This document shows positions 13,000 through 26,103 of a stretch of 64,000 nt of DNA, piece by piece. A model generated the notes under the pieces. The model did not search any database. It saw only the letters and a list, made by a program, of their open reading frames with translations, and had not been told where the DNA came from. Numbering within the stretch: position 1 is the stretch's first letter; each line of letters starts with the position of its first letter. A program made the translations under genes and the position numbers. Source of the stretch: Gnetum montanum (Eukaryota; Plantae; Gnetophyta); NCBI GenBank assembly GCA_015680685.1, contig MNCI01001177.1, positions 391,266 through 455,265 on the forward strand. Direction: 5' to 3'.

Positions 13000-13650
13000 C
13001 TCTCGTCTACCATGACATTAAACTAGCATAGCTCATCCACTACAACGTTAAACTAACATAGACACAATACATCTACTATGATGTTAAGTTGGCATAGCAT
13101 GTCTACCATGATGCTAAATTGGCACATCTTCCATTCACCACAATGATAAACTAGCATAGCATGTCCACCATGATGCTAAACTAGCATAGCATGTCCGCTA
13201 TGATGTTAAACTAGCATGCACAAAGCGTTCATCTGCTATGATGTTAAACTTACAAAGCATTTTTTCACTATGACATTAAACTGGCAAAGTATTCATCCAC
13301 TATAACGTTAAACTAGCATACATAGAACATTCATTCACTACAATGTTAAACTAGCATAGTACATCTACTATGATGCTAAACTAGCACAGCTCATCCACTA
13401 TGACAATAAACTAGCACACACACACCATACATCTGCTATGATGTTAAACTGGCATAACATTTGTTCACCATGATGCTAAACTAGGGCAGCTCATCCTCTA
13501 GTCACGATATTAAACTGCCATAATAGCTCGTTCACTATGATGCTAAACTAGCATAGCATTCATCTGCTACTATGCTAAACTGACACACCATGGTCTGCTA
13601 GGACCTTAAACTAGTAAAGCCATAATCTACTAAGACCTTAAACTAGGTTC
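13000..13650 (+). repeat. ~31-40 bp tandem array (catctactatgatgttaaactagcatag) in the 3' UTR of A
   Basis: Roughly 18-20 degenerate copies directly after the integrase stop. Confidence 0.92.
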
Positions 13651-13774
13651 ATGGTTAGTCATGCATAGTTCTACGAGCAAGCAAGCAAGAATACTTCTAA
13701 CTCCCCCCTTCTTCCCCCTCCTCCCCCCCTTTTCTACACCACATGGATGGGGATACTATAGTTCCAAAATGGAG

Positions 13775-14130
13775 CACCTACAACCAATGTAGCCTTGGGA
13801 GCATTTGCAGGATCATTACCCCTAGGTATTTTGCTATTTTTTTCTTGAGCTCTTGCCATCAATTCGATCTTTGGAGCACTTGCAACATCATGGCCCCTCA
13901 CCATTTTTCTAATCTTTTGAGCACTTCTCATAAGTGTATCCTTTGGATCATTTCAACATCATGGCCCCCCACCATTTTGTTGGTCTTTTGAGCACTTATC
14001 ATGGGTGTAGCCTTTGGAGCATTTGCAACATCATTGTCCCTTGCCATTTTCCTGATTTTTTGAGCACTTCTCACAGGTGCAGCCTTTAGAACATTTGTAG
14101 CATCATCACCCCCCTACATTTTACTGGCAT
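13775..14130 (+). repeat. Second degenerate tandem array (tttggagcatttgcaacatcat / tgagcacttctca) in the 3' UTR of A
   Basis: About five alternating ~50-80 bp units. Confidence 0.8.
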
Positions 14131-15039
14131 TTCTTTTGTCTTGTGTGGTTTTCTTGTCTTCTCTAAGTTATGTTTGCAGGATGAAGCCCTAGGTCATCAT
14201 ACAAAGACGCATCTCATTGTAGCAGTAAGTCACCACAGTGCTAAGATGTACACAATTGGACTAGCTGAGCCTCTCAAGAGTGCACATTCCCTCCTATCCT
14301 GTTATAGCCTACTACCATCTACTCCTGCATTCCAATACTCTCTCATTCCCCACATAGCCAAGATTGCAATCCTTTGACACTCACTTCTTGTAACCACATG
14401 GCATCCTCTTTAAGTCAAGAAAAACTATACAACCCAAGGTGGACATAACACAAGTCTTCTTGTGGGGAGCCTCTATTGGTTGTTCAAAGCCCAGGTGTAT
14501 GTAACACAAGTCATCCTAAGGAGGAAACACCTATCCTACAAATGCGATGCAGTTTTGCAAGCATCAAAGTAAAGTCCATTTGGTGGCATGTAGTCCACTT
14601 GATGGAAAGCACCCATGTAGTTAGCATTTAGCAATGTGCTAAACCCAAATTAGGTTCACCCCACAGCAAAAAAGAAAAAATTAAAAAAAGAAAACAAAGA
14701 GGGGAAAACATGTTCCCAAGCAAATTACCAAAGCTGCAATTTCATAACTAGTCCAATCCTGAATCCACACTAACTCTCTCATGAGCACTCTGACAAGAGG
14801 TTAACATTTTCAAGGGTAAGCCACTTTGGTGCCATGGTCACTATTAGCCATGCTGACCTTACATCCTACCTCATGACACTCTATTCACATCTCATCTTCC
14901 TTTTTATCCCCAATGTATTACCTACACCTTTTACTCCCAGCATATTGCCATTGACAGCACTCTTAAGCATGGTGCAGTGACATTTGATCAAGTACTGAAG
15001 ATCGATGTTAGTGCCAAGCCTACTCTGGTGTTTTGTCTT

Positions 15040-15093
15040 TCTTTGTTAACATCTCTTGGGCCATTCCTCCACATGTTAACAAAGAGGGGTTAA
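15040..15093 (+). promoter_or_regulatory. 13-bp inverted repeat overlapping the polypurine tract of A
   Basis: tctttgttaacat (15040-15052) pairs with atgttaacaaaga (15073-15085). PPT aaagagggg lies just before the LTR TG at 15094. Confidence 0.85.
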
Positions 15094-16731
15094 TGAAACA
15101 CCACCAAATTTGGACTATAGCATCTCAATTTCAAAATTTGTCTAAGTGTCAGCACAAAGCCACTTTCTACAAATTTTTCTAGGTGCTGGGACTATGCTGT
15201 CCACTACCCCAAAGCGTAGTCAGCCTAATGGAGAGTGTAGTTAAGTCAAAACCCAGTTTTTCCAAAAAAATTTTAAGTGTTGAGACTACGCTCTCCAGTA
15301 CCCCAGAGTGTAGTTGAGCATAGTCAACACCAAAGGTCAATTTTCCAAATTTTTTTGTGTCAAGCTAGCTACTGCAGATTTTTTTAAGTGCTAAGACTAT
15401 GCTCTCTACTACCCCATAGTGTAGTCAAGCGTAGTCAACATGAAGGCCTAATTTTGGTAGATTTTTCTAAGTGTCAAGACTACACTCTTCACCAATGTCG
15501 AGCATAGTCAACTGAAAGCTAGTTTCTACAAGTTTTGACAAGTGCTAAGATGGGAGCGTAGTCAATAAATAGTCACATTTTGTAAAAGTTTTCTAAATGT
15601 TGTGACTACGCTCTCCCCAAGTCTAGAGTGTAGCCAAGCATAGTCAGCTAGGACAGCCTTCAGAGGCCTCCACAATGCAACACTGGCATTCAGCTCAGCT
15701 TCAACTCATCTCCACCAAGCATAGTTAGCAAGATGCACTTTTGTTGTATCCCCTTTCTATCCCCAAAATGTAACTACACTCGACCCCACATAAGATAATG
15801 GAGAGCGTAGTTCTGGAGCGTAGTCTATTGCATTTTTTAAGTACATTGCGATCCTCTCAGCACGCAAACATGTAGTCAATAGCATTGTCATAGTCTCGTA
15901 GAGTTCAGCAAAATAGAGTAGAGCATAACATCGCTAACCTCAGCCGAGAGTGTAGTTGGGACACCGTAGTGCCAACCATCCCCTTTGCCACATGGGAGTC
16001 TCTCCGCATTTCACACAAGACCTAGCCCTATAAATACCTTTCCCTCAACATTTTTGGGGTTGGCAAGTTTAGAGAAGGTTGGAAAATTTGAGCATTTTTG
16101 GCATTTTTGACAAACAAAAATTAGAGGCACACTAGCAAACTAGAGAAAGGTAAAGTTGCATACCATCGTAGCTTACCATAGGATATCGTAGACCATCGCA
16201 ATCCACTACACACTGAGGTGGCCAACTCGGTAGGCAGAGACACCATGGCAGAACATCAATCTTCATGGCTAGACACCCCCAAGACTATGACTACATTATC
16301 CACTATGCTTGTTGTACACCGTGTACCTTCTCATCCCTTTTGGAGTTAACTATGATCAACCCCATTTTGGGTAGTGTTCCATTCTCTCTTGCTTTTTTTC
16401 TATGCATTTTTTGCATTTTTACTTGCATTTTCAGCATTTTACTTGCATTTTTTGCTATTTCAATGCATAAACGTGCTTGGGAGGCAATCTCCACACGTTG
16501 ACACCTTTTTTTGCCAAAAACTTAACTACACTCATCCTCATTGACACCGCTAACACCGTGCAAACATTTAGCGATGTTTCCTATTTGCATTCCATAAGTC
16601 CCTGTTTAATTAACAAGATCGTTCAGGGCACCCCATCTCTACCTCTAGTAGGCCCTCAAGCAGACTCAAGGTTAGGTTGTGCGCCCGTGAACCCATCAGT
16701 GTTCCAGCCGTTGACGTTTTTGATTGTTACA
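15094..16731 (+). repeat. 3' LTR of element A (1638 bp)
   Basis: tgaaacacc...gttaca; TATAAATA at 16029. Ends are homologous to solo LTR F and to bases 1-19. Confidence 0.9.
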
Positions 16732-17389
16732 ATTAGTATTAGATGCTTTCAACCTTGTTATACCCTAGAACCAACACATGCAGGTATACAAAGATCCCTT
16801 AAATGCTAACAATGATCCCTATAAAATAGCTACATTCAACATTAGCAACAATCCTAAACTTGCCAGGGAGCCATTTATGATTTGAATGCCTCGTCATGAT
16901 GAAAGGACTTTAACTTTTTCAAGTTCAAGGACTCCTTTTATCATAATGATACCATCACCAAAGCCTCCCAAAGAACCATTTGTTATTAGAGTGCCCCCTC
17001 TTACTACTATTAAGCCCACAAATTCAGATGACCAACATCCTCCCATGGTGACCAATGCCTTAAGCTCTTCATAACTAGATAATAGGAAGTCACTAATAAG
17101 ATAATGTAAGAAGCCAACTCCTAAGCTAAAAGCTAAGGATAATGAAAAATTAAAAGTGTGTAAGGAAGTGCACGCACCAAATCCTACACCCATTTCAGCT
17201 GTATCCATGAGTTATGATGCTCAAGCTACTTCAATAAGTTAACATAAGGGGAACAAGAATTAATAGGAGAAAAGGAAGGGATCTAAACCACAAACATTAA
17301 AACATGAGATGAAAATCTTGGGTAGAATGGAAGAAGTCAAAGGCAACAAGAATGAAAAAATAATGAACAATGACAAAGACTTTCTCACT

Positions 17390-18070
17390 ATCATGAAATA
17401 GGTCAAGCTCTTGCTTAAGCAAAAGAACACCTCAGTGAGCTTATATGACTTAGTTATGACCTCTTAAGCTTACCATGAGGCCTTAGTTCGTATGCTAACT
17501 TCTATTCCTATTAGTAAGGATATCCTAGCCAACTAAGAATATATCCATGTAGTAATAGTGTCATCCTCACCTAAGGAATGAATGAAACCAAACACTTTAA
17601 GATTTTGGGACAACAAGGTAAAGATCAACTCACAAAGTGGTGAGGTATCAAGAGCTCCCTTATTTATAATGATGAGGTTTAACCAATATAAGGTACACTA
17701 GGTACATGCAAATGATGGGGTAGCTACTAATGTTGTCCCCTTCCATTTTGTAGAATGTGTGGGCCTAGCCAAACACATTCAGAGCACCTCCACCTTAATG
17801 CTTAAATCATTTAACAAATCACGTGTAGAGCTGAGAGGGTTAATTTTGACAATTTCATAGCAAAGGAACAATTTCTCACATCAACTGATTTCCTTATGAT
17901 GGAAGAGATACCAAGATTTAACCTAATCCTTGGAAGATCTTAGTTAGCCAAACTACGAGCTATCTCTTCTTCAATCCATCAAGAAATTCATCTATCTTGC
18001 AAGGGAGGTGAGATTGCTATCTATGAGAACAATGTGGCTCCTTTTCTGTCAACAATGTTGATGTAGAATA
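17390..18070 (+). pseudogene. Aspartic protease remnant of B
   Basis: VHANDGVATNVV and FLMMEEIPRFNLILGRS*LAKLRAISSSIHQEIHL, collinear with the A protease. Confidence 0.85.
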
Positions 18071-21000
18071 AGGATCAAAGGTGGAGTTTGAAGAAGAAGC
18101 TTCCATAACCCAAAACATAGCTGAGAAACCCAACGAAATTGACCAAGTCAAAACTAATAATGTAGGGATCATAAATGAATCATGGAACAAACTCCCATTT
18201 AGCATAGTAAGCAAAGGGAATGGAAAGTATAAAATCATGCAATAAAGACCTTATGCATTTTCTAATCTCTTAAAGATTAGATAGCACTTGCATGATTGAA
18301 CACTCTGCTTACTTTCTTAACTATGCACCTTATGATGTGGCCTTTAATTTGTAGCCTTTTCTTCAAATTTTACATTTTACATTATATCTATGATCTTTAA
18401 ATTCATTTCTAGTTTATAATTTCATGCCTATTTTCTTTACATTTACATGAAATCATAAAACACCATAAAAAATAGAAAACAGAAAATGTACAAAAATATA
18501 TACAAAACATGATGACTAAAAATCAATTTAGAATGTAAAGACATTAAAAATAATAACCCATAACAATTTGATGTTAAAATAAATAGCCGTCATGGTTACA
18601 CCATGTGAAAAATACAAAAAAATTAGATACATAATAGTCTCATAAGCTAAAGTAGCTAAATTACATCAATAAATAATGACAATAAAATGCAACAAATCAA
18701 CCAATAAGCAAAGCTAGGCCATGGGAGGAAGAGGAGCATCATCGCTAACACCATAACCATCAACATTGTCAATGTCACCAGAAGCCTATAAACAACAAAA
18801 AAATTTATACGATTAGTAACCATAATAACCTATAAACATAACTAACGAAGAATACATAAAAACTATAACTTAAATCTAATAATCAAAACATTTCTTTTTC
18901 GAACCTCAGGAAAATTGAGGGTAATGTCTTTGGACATGAATTTTTAAAGATCCACTTCGAGCCTACAAATAATCTATTATTCACTCAAGTTGGCCCAATC
19001 AACATCCCCTAAATCCATACCTTCTCGGACATTTTCCTTCTCTACATACATCCACTCAAGTGAATCATGAGAAAAGTTAGCAATAATGATCATCCTAGAT
19101 GTGGTAGTGATTTGAGGAGTAGGATCATCAATAACTATCACTGATCCCTTGAACAAGTAGAAGGCATACTCTGTGCCTATACCTTACACAAACTTGTATT
19201 TACATTGTTTCATGGCTACCTCATACCATGATTATTTGTACTTCTCTCTTTTCATCTTGTAGAGCCATTTGTGACCCTTTTCTCCCCTGTCCCACACCAA
19301 GATTAAGGCACAGTGATCACACCACTTCTTGGTCTTACAAATCAAATGCTCCATCTACATATCCTTCTTCATAATGCTTCTAGCTAGGGCCACCTTCCCT
19401 TAGATGGCACTCTAGTAATGAGACCACTCAATCTCCTTGGTACGCAAGGAATCCTTATTAACTACTTGGGCCTCTATGAATTCCTTGCAATCCTCTAGGC
19501 TCCTAACTCTATTAGTCAACTCCTTGATTTGTTTCTCTACTGCAACAAGACATCCCATCAAAGCTCATTAGAGCATTTGGATTCCCAAAACATTGAGGTG
19601 TATGATGCTACATGTTTGGCAGTCCCTTCATACAACCTCTATGGAATGTTCTCTACATCTGAAGACATCTTAGGAGCTCATCAAGCTTAAATTCTCATGA
19701 GCGGTCCCATCTTATCTTAGAAACTATCAATAATAAAAACCTTAAAATAATAAGAAATCATAAAGATAAAACATAAAAAACTATAACCATATGACCATAA
19801 GACATGAAAATGAACATTGAAATTATAAAACAAAAATGCAAAAAAAATACATTTTAATTGTTCTTACCACAATTAGGGTCTATCTGTTGCAACTTTTCCA
19901 TTATATCATCCATCATGCCTCTCATGAATTCCACATTGTCTAGGACCTCCACCCAAGGTTTAGTTTGGAACGTAGATGACTATGGAGGATAATCACACTC
20001 TACAATGATCATAAAAGTCAACACCCATCTATAGTAGAAGAGCAATGAATAACTAAAACAAAAGTAAGGATACAAATGTCAAAGCTCACCAACAAGGTCA
20101 AGAAGTGTGTCTAATGAGGCATTGTCCTCCAAAGGTGTATCATCTAAGGGAGAGTCCAAAATATCTAATGCCCTTACAAATCTCCTTCTCTTCCTCCTTG
20201 CGCATGTGCTCTTCCTCCATAGTAGCATGAGCATATAGGTCTTGTATCCTCCCTAAAATAAATCAAGGCCAATAGAAATAAAACAAGCTAGAAAATAGTT
20301 TTAATAAAAAATGAAACATAAAAAAAAATATAATTATACCTCCAACAATGTGCTTCACCTTATTTAAGTTAATTATCATCCTCTTGAACTAGGGCTAAAT
20401 CATTTTCATCAACTTGTGGCCTCTTTATCTTTTCTTTGGTGGCACCATCCGCTTTTGCACATGCTCACTTGGCCTTCTTTGCATTACCATGGATAGTGAA
20501 GGGCTCTCTCTCCATGTTGTCAGGGAAAGCACAACATACATCACTAACATTCTTAACGGTTACAAACAATGATTCACACACTTCCTTCATTGGTGAGCCT
20601 TAGGTACACATCACTAGGGTTATATCTTTTTCCCAAGGCTTGAAAAGTTGAGATTCATCGCAAAGCATCCACCATCAATTTCCTTTAATAACCAAAAACT
20701 TCGCAAACCTTCTAAGGCACACATAGAAAAAGGTGAAATATAGATGATGTTGGAAGTTAATTTTATCATGGAGTTTATGGACTTCCTCTCTTAAGCCACT
20801 AACAAGGAATGTGGCCCAATCAAACTTAGTTCCACTAGTTAAGATCTTCTTCATGACCCAGGCTTTTGAACTCCTATGATTTTCTTTTATCAAAAAAGTA
20901 TGGGAAAGATCCTAGATTGGAAGAGAGAATAAGTTTGGTTTACCTCTTCGATGGTACATTTACTAAAGGATAATTTAGCACCAAGAGGTGAATTAAGCCC

Positions 21001-22064
21001 AGCTTCTAACTCCCCTCTATAACTTGCATCTTTTTCTATTGTAACTACTACCTTGACACCATCAGTAGGTATGTCAAAAATATCATAAACACAAATTTTG
21101 TGATGTCTATAATGATGGGGAAACCATGGACTCTAGAGGTGAATTTGGTAACATTCTCATCAAAGGAGTTAATCATGTTCAGCGTTTCAACCTATTGCAT
21201 AGAAGGATAAGGTAGTATAAGGAGGTCAAACAAACATGTTAAACTCTGTTGGATAACCCTATGAGTCTTGTTCACCAATCATTCTTTTGTGCCTTCTACC
21301 TCCCTCCACTTGAGAAGAATCTTCTCCTCAATATGACCTAAAGCGATCACAACAATAGTAGACTCAGATACAGAATCTACAATGCAAAGCGATGCAAGGT
21401 GATTAACAAGATAGCTATCATAGCCTAATAATTTGTAAGGTTTAGTTATTTAATTTAATGTATATGATTAATTCTTTAATGTTATCAAATTCATTCAATA
21501 AATTAGTCCTAATTCTCTTGATTAAAACATAGGATTACACTATTATCATTATCATTATTGTTGTTGTTAGTTTTCTATAGAAGTGAATGTAATCCATTTA
21601 CTAGAATTTTTTGTATCCTTTATTTTACTATTGTTGGAGCTTAGTCATAGGTTTACTTTATATTTTATAATTAAATGTTGAAATCCAATTACTCCAAGAA
21701 CTTTTATCTTCTAATAATCATTATGATTTTACAAATATTTGGCTATGCTTATTTTATCCTTATAAGAATTTAGTTATGCATATTTAATTTTTTTATGCAT
21801 TCATGTTTTATTATGCACATCTACAGGTATGTATGTGTGTGTATATATATATATATAATACTCTTCTCATGGAGCAGTATGGATCCTCACCCTACCCTAA
21901 ACATATCTCCTATTACTTTTGCAATTAGAATGTTGTCCTACACCAAAATTTGATTTTAACGATATGATCAAGATGTTTAAAATTTATAGTTTTATTATTC
22001 AATACATAAAAATTAGAGTTATAATTTTGAGATATTGCATTTTTCTAACTTGCTAAGTATCATA

Positions 22065-22335
22065 AGGGTTTGGGTACTTGTTTTCACTACCCATGGTTTT
22101 GGCTACTTATTTTCACTACCCATGATTTTGGCCATATGTTTTCATTGCCCATGGTTTTGGCCACTTGTTTTCATTGCCTATGATTTTGGCCACTTTTTTT
22201 CACTGCCCATGGTTTTGGTCACTTGTTTCCACTACCCATGGCTTTGGCTACTTGTTTCATTACCCATGCTTTTCATTACTTGTTTTATTTGGCCATTGGT
22301 TTTCAACACTTGTTTTCTTTCCCTTGTTTTAGAAA
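22065..22335 (+). repeat. 27-28 bp tandem array (tttggccacttgttttcactacccatggt)
   Basis: About nine copies. It accounts for the spurious 175-aa ORF 22035..22562. Confidence 0.9.
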
Positions 22336-23309
22336 CCATGTCCCATAGTGATCCATATATAAAGACCATTTGGGCCCCATCTTCTCACATCTCACTCAAC
22401 TTCAATCTAGTTCTTTCCATTCTAAGCTCATCCCTTCCATACATCAAGTCCAAGTCTTACAATACATGCTTCTTTGGGTTCATAGAAAGTATCAGGCGTA
22501 AAGTACAAATTAATTTGGGGCAACTTGGGAAGACTTTAAGAAGATTTTGGAAAACCTTCTAGCAAAGGTAAGAAAGATTAATTTATTTTCCTTTTTATGT
22601 AGTTGTCCTACTTTGTTGTAGATTGTGTAAGAAAGATTATTTTAGTTTTCATTTCATATAATTGTCCTATATTTTTGTAGATCTTGTAATAGAGATTATT
22701 TTGTTTTTCCTTCTTATGTAGCTATTCTATTTTGTTTTATGTTGTTATCCCTTCCTATTCCCTCTTTCTACTTTTTCATTTTCTTCTACAATGTTAAATT
22801 CTATGCCTAGATGCTACTAAATTTTTGGTATTAAGGTTGTGTCTAAACCTCTTTCCATCTTTTGTATGTCTTTGAAATTCTAAAAATTTTTAGAAGCTTG
22901 CTTCTCATATATATTATGATTACTTTAATCACACCTTGACATGATCTAGCTTTTGGTATGGATTTTGCAATTTTAAAAGTATGTGTATTTTTGGCCATTT
23001 GAGCAACCTTTTGATTTGTTGCAACAAAATATAATACCTTTGAACACTAAGGTATTTTTGAGCCATGTATGATAGATATGAATTCTTCGTCTGTGCCACT
23101 AGGGCTATGAGACTACCAAGAACATTTTTCATTTCAGCGCATGTAATATATTCAAGAAAATATAATTTATTTATTTTATATTGATATTTTATTATTTAAT
23201 TTAATTAATTTTAAAAATTAATAACTTTATTTTTTTAGATGTTCCTTTTAAGATGAAACAAGTGTTATTGGGATTGTTATTTTGTGCACGGTTGTCAGAC
23301 CCCAAAAAG

Positions 23310-24150
23310 AAGTTTTATTAAAATTAAAGGTGCATCAATTACAACAACTTAAATAAGTCATAGGGTTAAAGGAAAGGGAAAACTGAGAGCATCGTGAATG
23401 ACACTCGGGAAACACCTTAGAAATAAATGAGTATTAGAGGAGGAAACCCAAGTTCGGGCACAACCAAATGTTCGCACAGACTGGCTTGTTACAAAATAGA
23501 TTGACATAGAATTAGATGAGGCAAAGAGCTCTCAATTAAGGATAGAGAGAATTCCAATGGTGACTCCACATAATAAAAAGGGAAAACTTCCTTGCAGAGA
23601 TTATTGATGCTAAGTGTAACTGGAACACACAGGTCTTTCCCATAGCTGCAGCAGATGAACCAATTGATGACTATCCAGATTGAACTTGGATGCTTGAGAT
23701 GTGAGTTGAAAATAAGTGAGGCGAAAGATCTGCAACTTCTCCAACCTGGTAAGCAAACATTTTTTAGAATACTCTGTCTTTTGAAATAGAACATTGCATC
23801 TTCGCTTCCAAATATAATATAAAATAGTAGGCCTAATAACTTTCCACAGAAAATTAAGATTAGTAGAAGTAATGTTCAAGCATCCGAATATGACATCCTC
23901 TTGAGATAGCATGTATGATGGAAAAGCTTTAGAAGCCCACTGCCACACATGTTGAGCAAAGGGACATTGCCAAAATACATGGACAAAGTCATCATGTCCA
24001 CCACATAGAGGGCAATTAGGATTAGGAATCCCTAGATATTCTAGACGTTTTCCAATAGGTAGACCATGGTGGAGAAGACACCAAAGGAACTGCTTAATTT
24101 TGGGGAGGATTCGAAGTTTCCAAATAAGTTGGAAGAGAGGGATCCAGAAC
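23310..24150 (-). mobile_element. 5'-truncated L1-type LINE fragment (ORF2 C-terminus, zf-RVT)
   Basis: ORF 23610..24197: IWKLRILPKIKQFLWCLLHHGLPIGKRL..CPLCGGHDDFVHVFWQCPFAQHVW..YYIWKRRCNVLF. Minus-strand AATAAA near 23313-23318. Only a degenerate possible TSD (ccaaa.aagtttt). Confidence 0.88.
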
Positions 24151-24855
24151 TCCAAATAAGTTTTCTTTTTATGGCTACACAAAACTCCAATTTTCATTAA
24201 ACCAATTTTATATAATTATATGTGCTAGTATTATAAAATTTTTTCATGTTACACTACTTTACTATATTTATGCTTTTGACTAATAATTTTTAACTATTTT
24301 GTAGCCTTCCTTTTAGTTAGTAAATCAAGGTTAAATCCATATCCTTAGGGTTTCATAACATCTCTATTAGTTCTTTATAGGATTTTATAGATAATTACTA
24401 GGGGTGTTACAATAGCCATAAGAACATTAAGCACCAAAAATCATAAAATTCTAAAATGATGGCCATATTAATATAATATTTACTTTACCAGGTTTAGATG
24501 AACATTGGCAAAGGTTGGGAGGCCTTACACGCATGCCTAAATCTTGGAGTGCCCAAAACTCATGTGCATGACTATTAGCCACACATGTCTGGTACACCCA
24601 AGAATACCATAACTTGTAGTTATTGAAATCCACACCAAGTTGATTAAGCATCTCAGTCCTTACACTTTCGTCTTATCTAAACTCTTCCAAAGAAGTGTTG
24701 GTAGCAGATAAAGTATGATCATTAGCCATAAGTCCCCTAATGTGTACCTTATATCTAAACAAGACAAACAAACAAAATCTAAAGACATCAAGATAAAACA
24801 TTGCAAAATAAGACAATCATAAATAAATAAAAAAACAATGCAAAACTAAGTTTAC

Positions 24856-25310
24856 CCTTCTAGCAAGTAGACAAAGGCAAGGGGACTTTGGAAAATGGAG
24901 TTTACACTATTCACAATCATCAAGGTGTTATCAAGATGATATGTTGTGAATTCTGGCATCCCCCAAATCTATGATAACTATCCAAGTGCCACAGAATGTG
25001 CACTTCCATCTCACTCCATCTCCATAATAGCTTTGGGATCAGTCTTCATGAACTTGAGGATACACTGAGAAGACCACTCATCAAAGTTTCAATAATGGGC
25101 CCTACAACATCTATGGCAATGTGTGACCATACAGTCATACTCAACTATTATAATAGATAAAGGAGGAAGTATTTGACACCAAGACCAAACCAAACATGGG
25201 TCTGCTCATCGAATTGCATATGGGAAGGCAAGCTATTTTAGCAAGGTTGCCTGATAAAGCATAAGATGCTCACTAGTTTAATGACCATGACTATGGGTTT
25301 AAGAAAGCCA
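24856..25310 (-). pseudogene. FCP1/NIF-like domain exon, copy B
   Basis: GFLKPIVMVIKLVSILCFI ... HVWFGLGVKYFLLYLL**LSMTVWSH ... LS*IWGMPEFTTYHLDNTLMIVNS ... LEG|gtaa. Same acceptor and donor positions as copy A (455 vs 450 nt). Confidence 0.7.
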
Positions 25311-25541
25311 CTGTACATAACATTAAATCATATAAATATCATAAAAATATGATAAGATACTTTAACACTAACATGAAAACATTGCCATTAAATTCACACT
25401 AAAGAAAAAGTTACAAAAATAAGGGTGTAAGATCCCCTTTGACAATGATGAATTCAAAATATTGATAGATTCAAAATCAACTGGATGCATTACATCTCTA
25501 AACCTAATCAACAATGTTGATGTCAGTGTTATTTGCACTGG

Positions 25542-26103
25542 TGATGAATTGTGGTTTGTCAGGCCTCGATATTGGGTACATGACATGGGATATGTGATAT
25601 CATAGCTTGGATATGATATCATATACGCAATATCGTGATTCCTGTGTTAGCCTATAAATATAGCACTCAAGTGCATAATGAGATCATTATAATAAGGAGT
25701 CTCTTTTGGGTTGAGTCTTTTGTTAGTTTTTAGTTAGTTTTCAATTCTTTTCCCAAGTGCATGCCCGCAATGTGATTCTTGTAATTTTATGGAACCTTTT
25801 TTCGAGTGTGATGTACTTGGACACGCACATGATTGGCAATAAAGATTGAGATCACTCCATCATTGCAGCATTCACTTAGCTTTTAATTTTTTAAAATTAT
25901 TTATCATTTATTGTTTTTTTCTTAGTTAATATTCCTTTTATTGTCATTTACTATTCCAGTTGCTAACACAGAATGAGTACGTCTTAATCACCAACATTTA
26001 AGTGTAGCTACGTGGTAACCTAGTAGCATATCAAGTAGTGCTTTAAGTGATGTACGCTTGGTAATCCCGAAATTAGTATACAAAGTCCAAGATGTATACG
26101 GAT
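25542..26103 (+). repeat. 5' LTR of D, left part (right part 37379..37689)
   Basis: Aligns with 45125-45686; split by element C at CGGAT. TATAAATA at 25653. Confidence 0.93.

Larger units (their letters stand above)
1..16731 (+). mobile_element. Element A: decayed Tat/Ogre-type Ty3/gypsy LTR retrotransposon (5' LTR almost entirely upstream of the window)
   Basis: Bases 1-19 (gatgttttcaatcgttata) match the end of the LTR finishing at 16731 (gacgtttttgattgttaca). Then PBS, gag, protease, a ~6.5 kb interval, RT-RH-aRH-INT, tandem repeats, PPT and a TG..CA LTR. An additional RNase H remnant after RH points to the Tat group. Confidence 0.9.
21425..24411 (+). mobile_element. Probable solo LTR (element E) inserted in an intron of B's antisense gene
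   Basis: Ends in ggggtgttaca (chromovirus-like LTR end). Flanked by atagc (21420-21424 and 24412-24416). TATATATAAA near 22355 follows a tandem array. The 5' TG is not preserved. Confidence 0.55.
18714..25310 (-). pseudogene. Multi-exon antisense accessory gene of B (homologue of the A gene), interrupted by the 21425-24411 insertion
   Basis: Shared peptides: DIFDIPTDG vs DLFGLPTDG; AWVMKKILTSGTKFDWATFL vs AWVMKKMLLERTRFNWDAYI; C-terminal APLPPMA* vs VPLPLG. Introns lie at equivalent places (~18786-18860, ~19725-19848, ~20005-20088, ~20253-20339, from 21376, 24755-24855). Confidence 0.75.
16732..25541 (+). mobile_element. Element B: older, diverged Tat-type relative of A (gag end, protease, antisense gene); resumes at 45994, no RT/INT found
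   Basis: 16732-16850 aligns with A 2040-2150 (ttagtattagatgct..aaccaacacatgcaggtatacaaagatccctta vs ttggtacttgatgct..aaccagtctatgggggtgtataaggatcctcta), so A inserted into B's gag. Same order as A: protease, AT-rich spacer, antisense exons. Confidence 0.8.

Noticed and set aside
13000-13650. CRISPR-like repeat/spacer array
   Set aside because: Degenerate head-to-tail units with no unique spacers, no cas genes, and a plant retrotransposon 3' UTR context.
16732-16750. attagtattagatgc after A's LTR as a tRNA-Met PBS (would make it a 5' LTR)
   Set aside because: The sequence aligns with internal gag of A (2040-2150). It is element B's gag, the insertion target.
22035-22562. 175-aa hydrophobic ORF (also 26782..27061)
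   Set aside because: Translations of tandem repeats inside LTRs.
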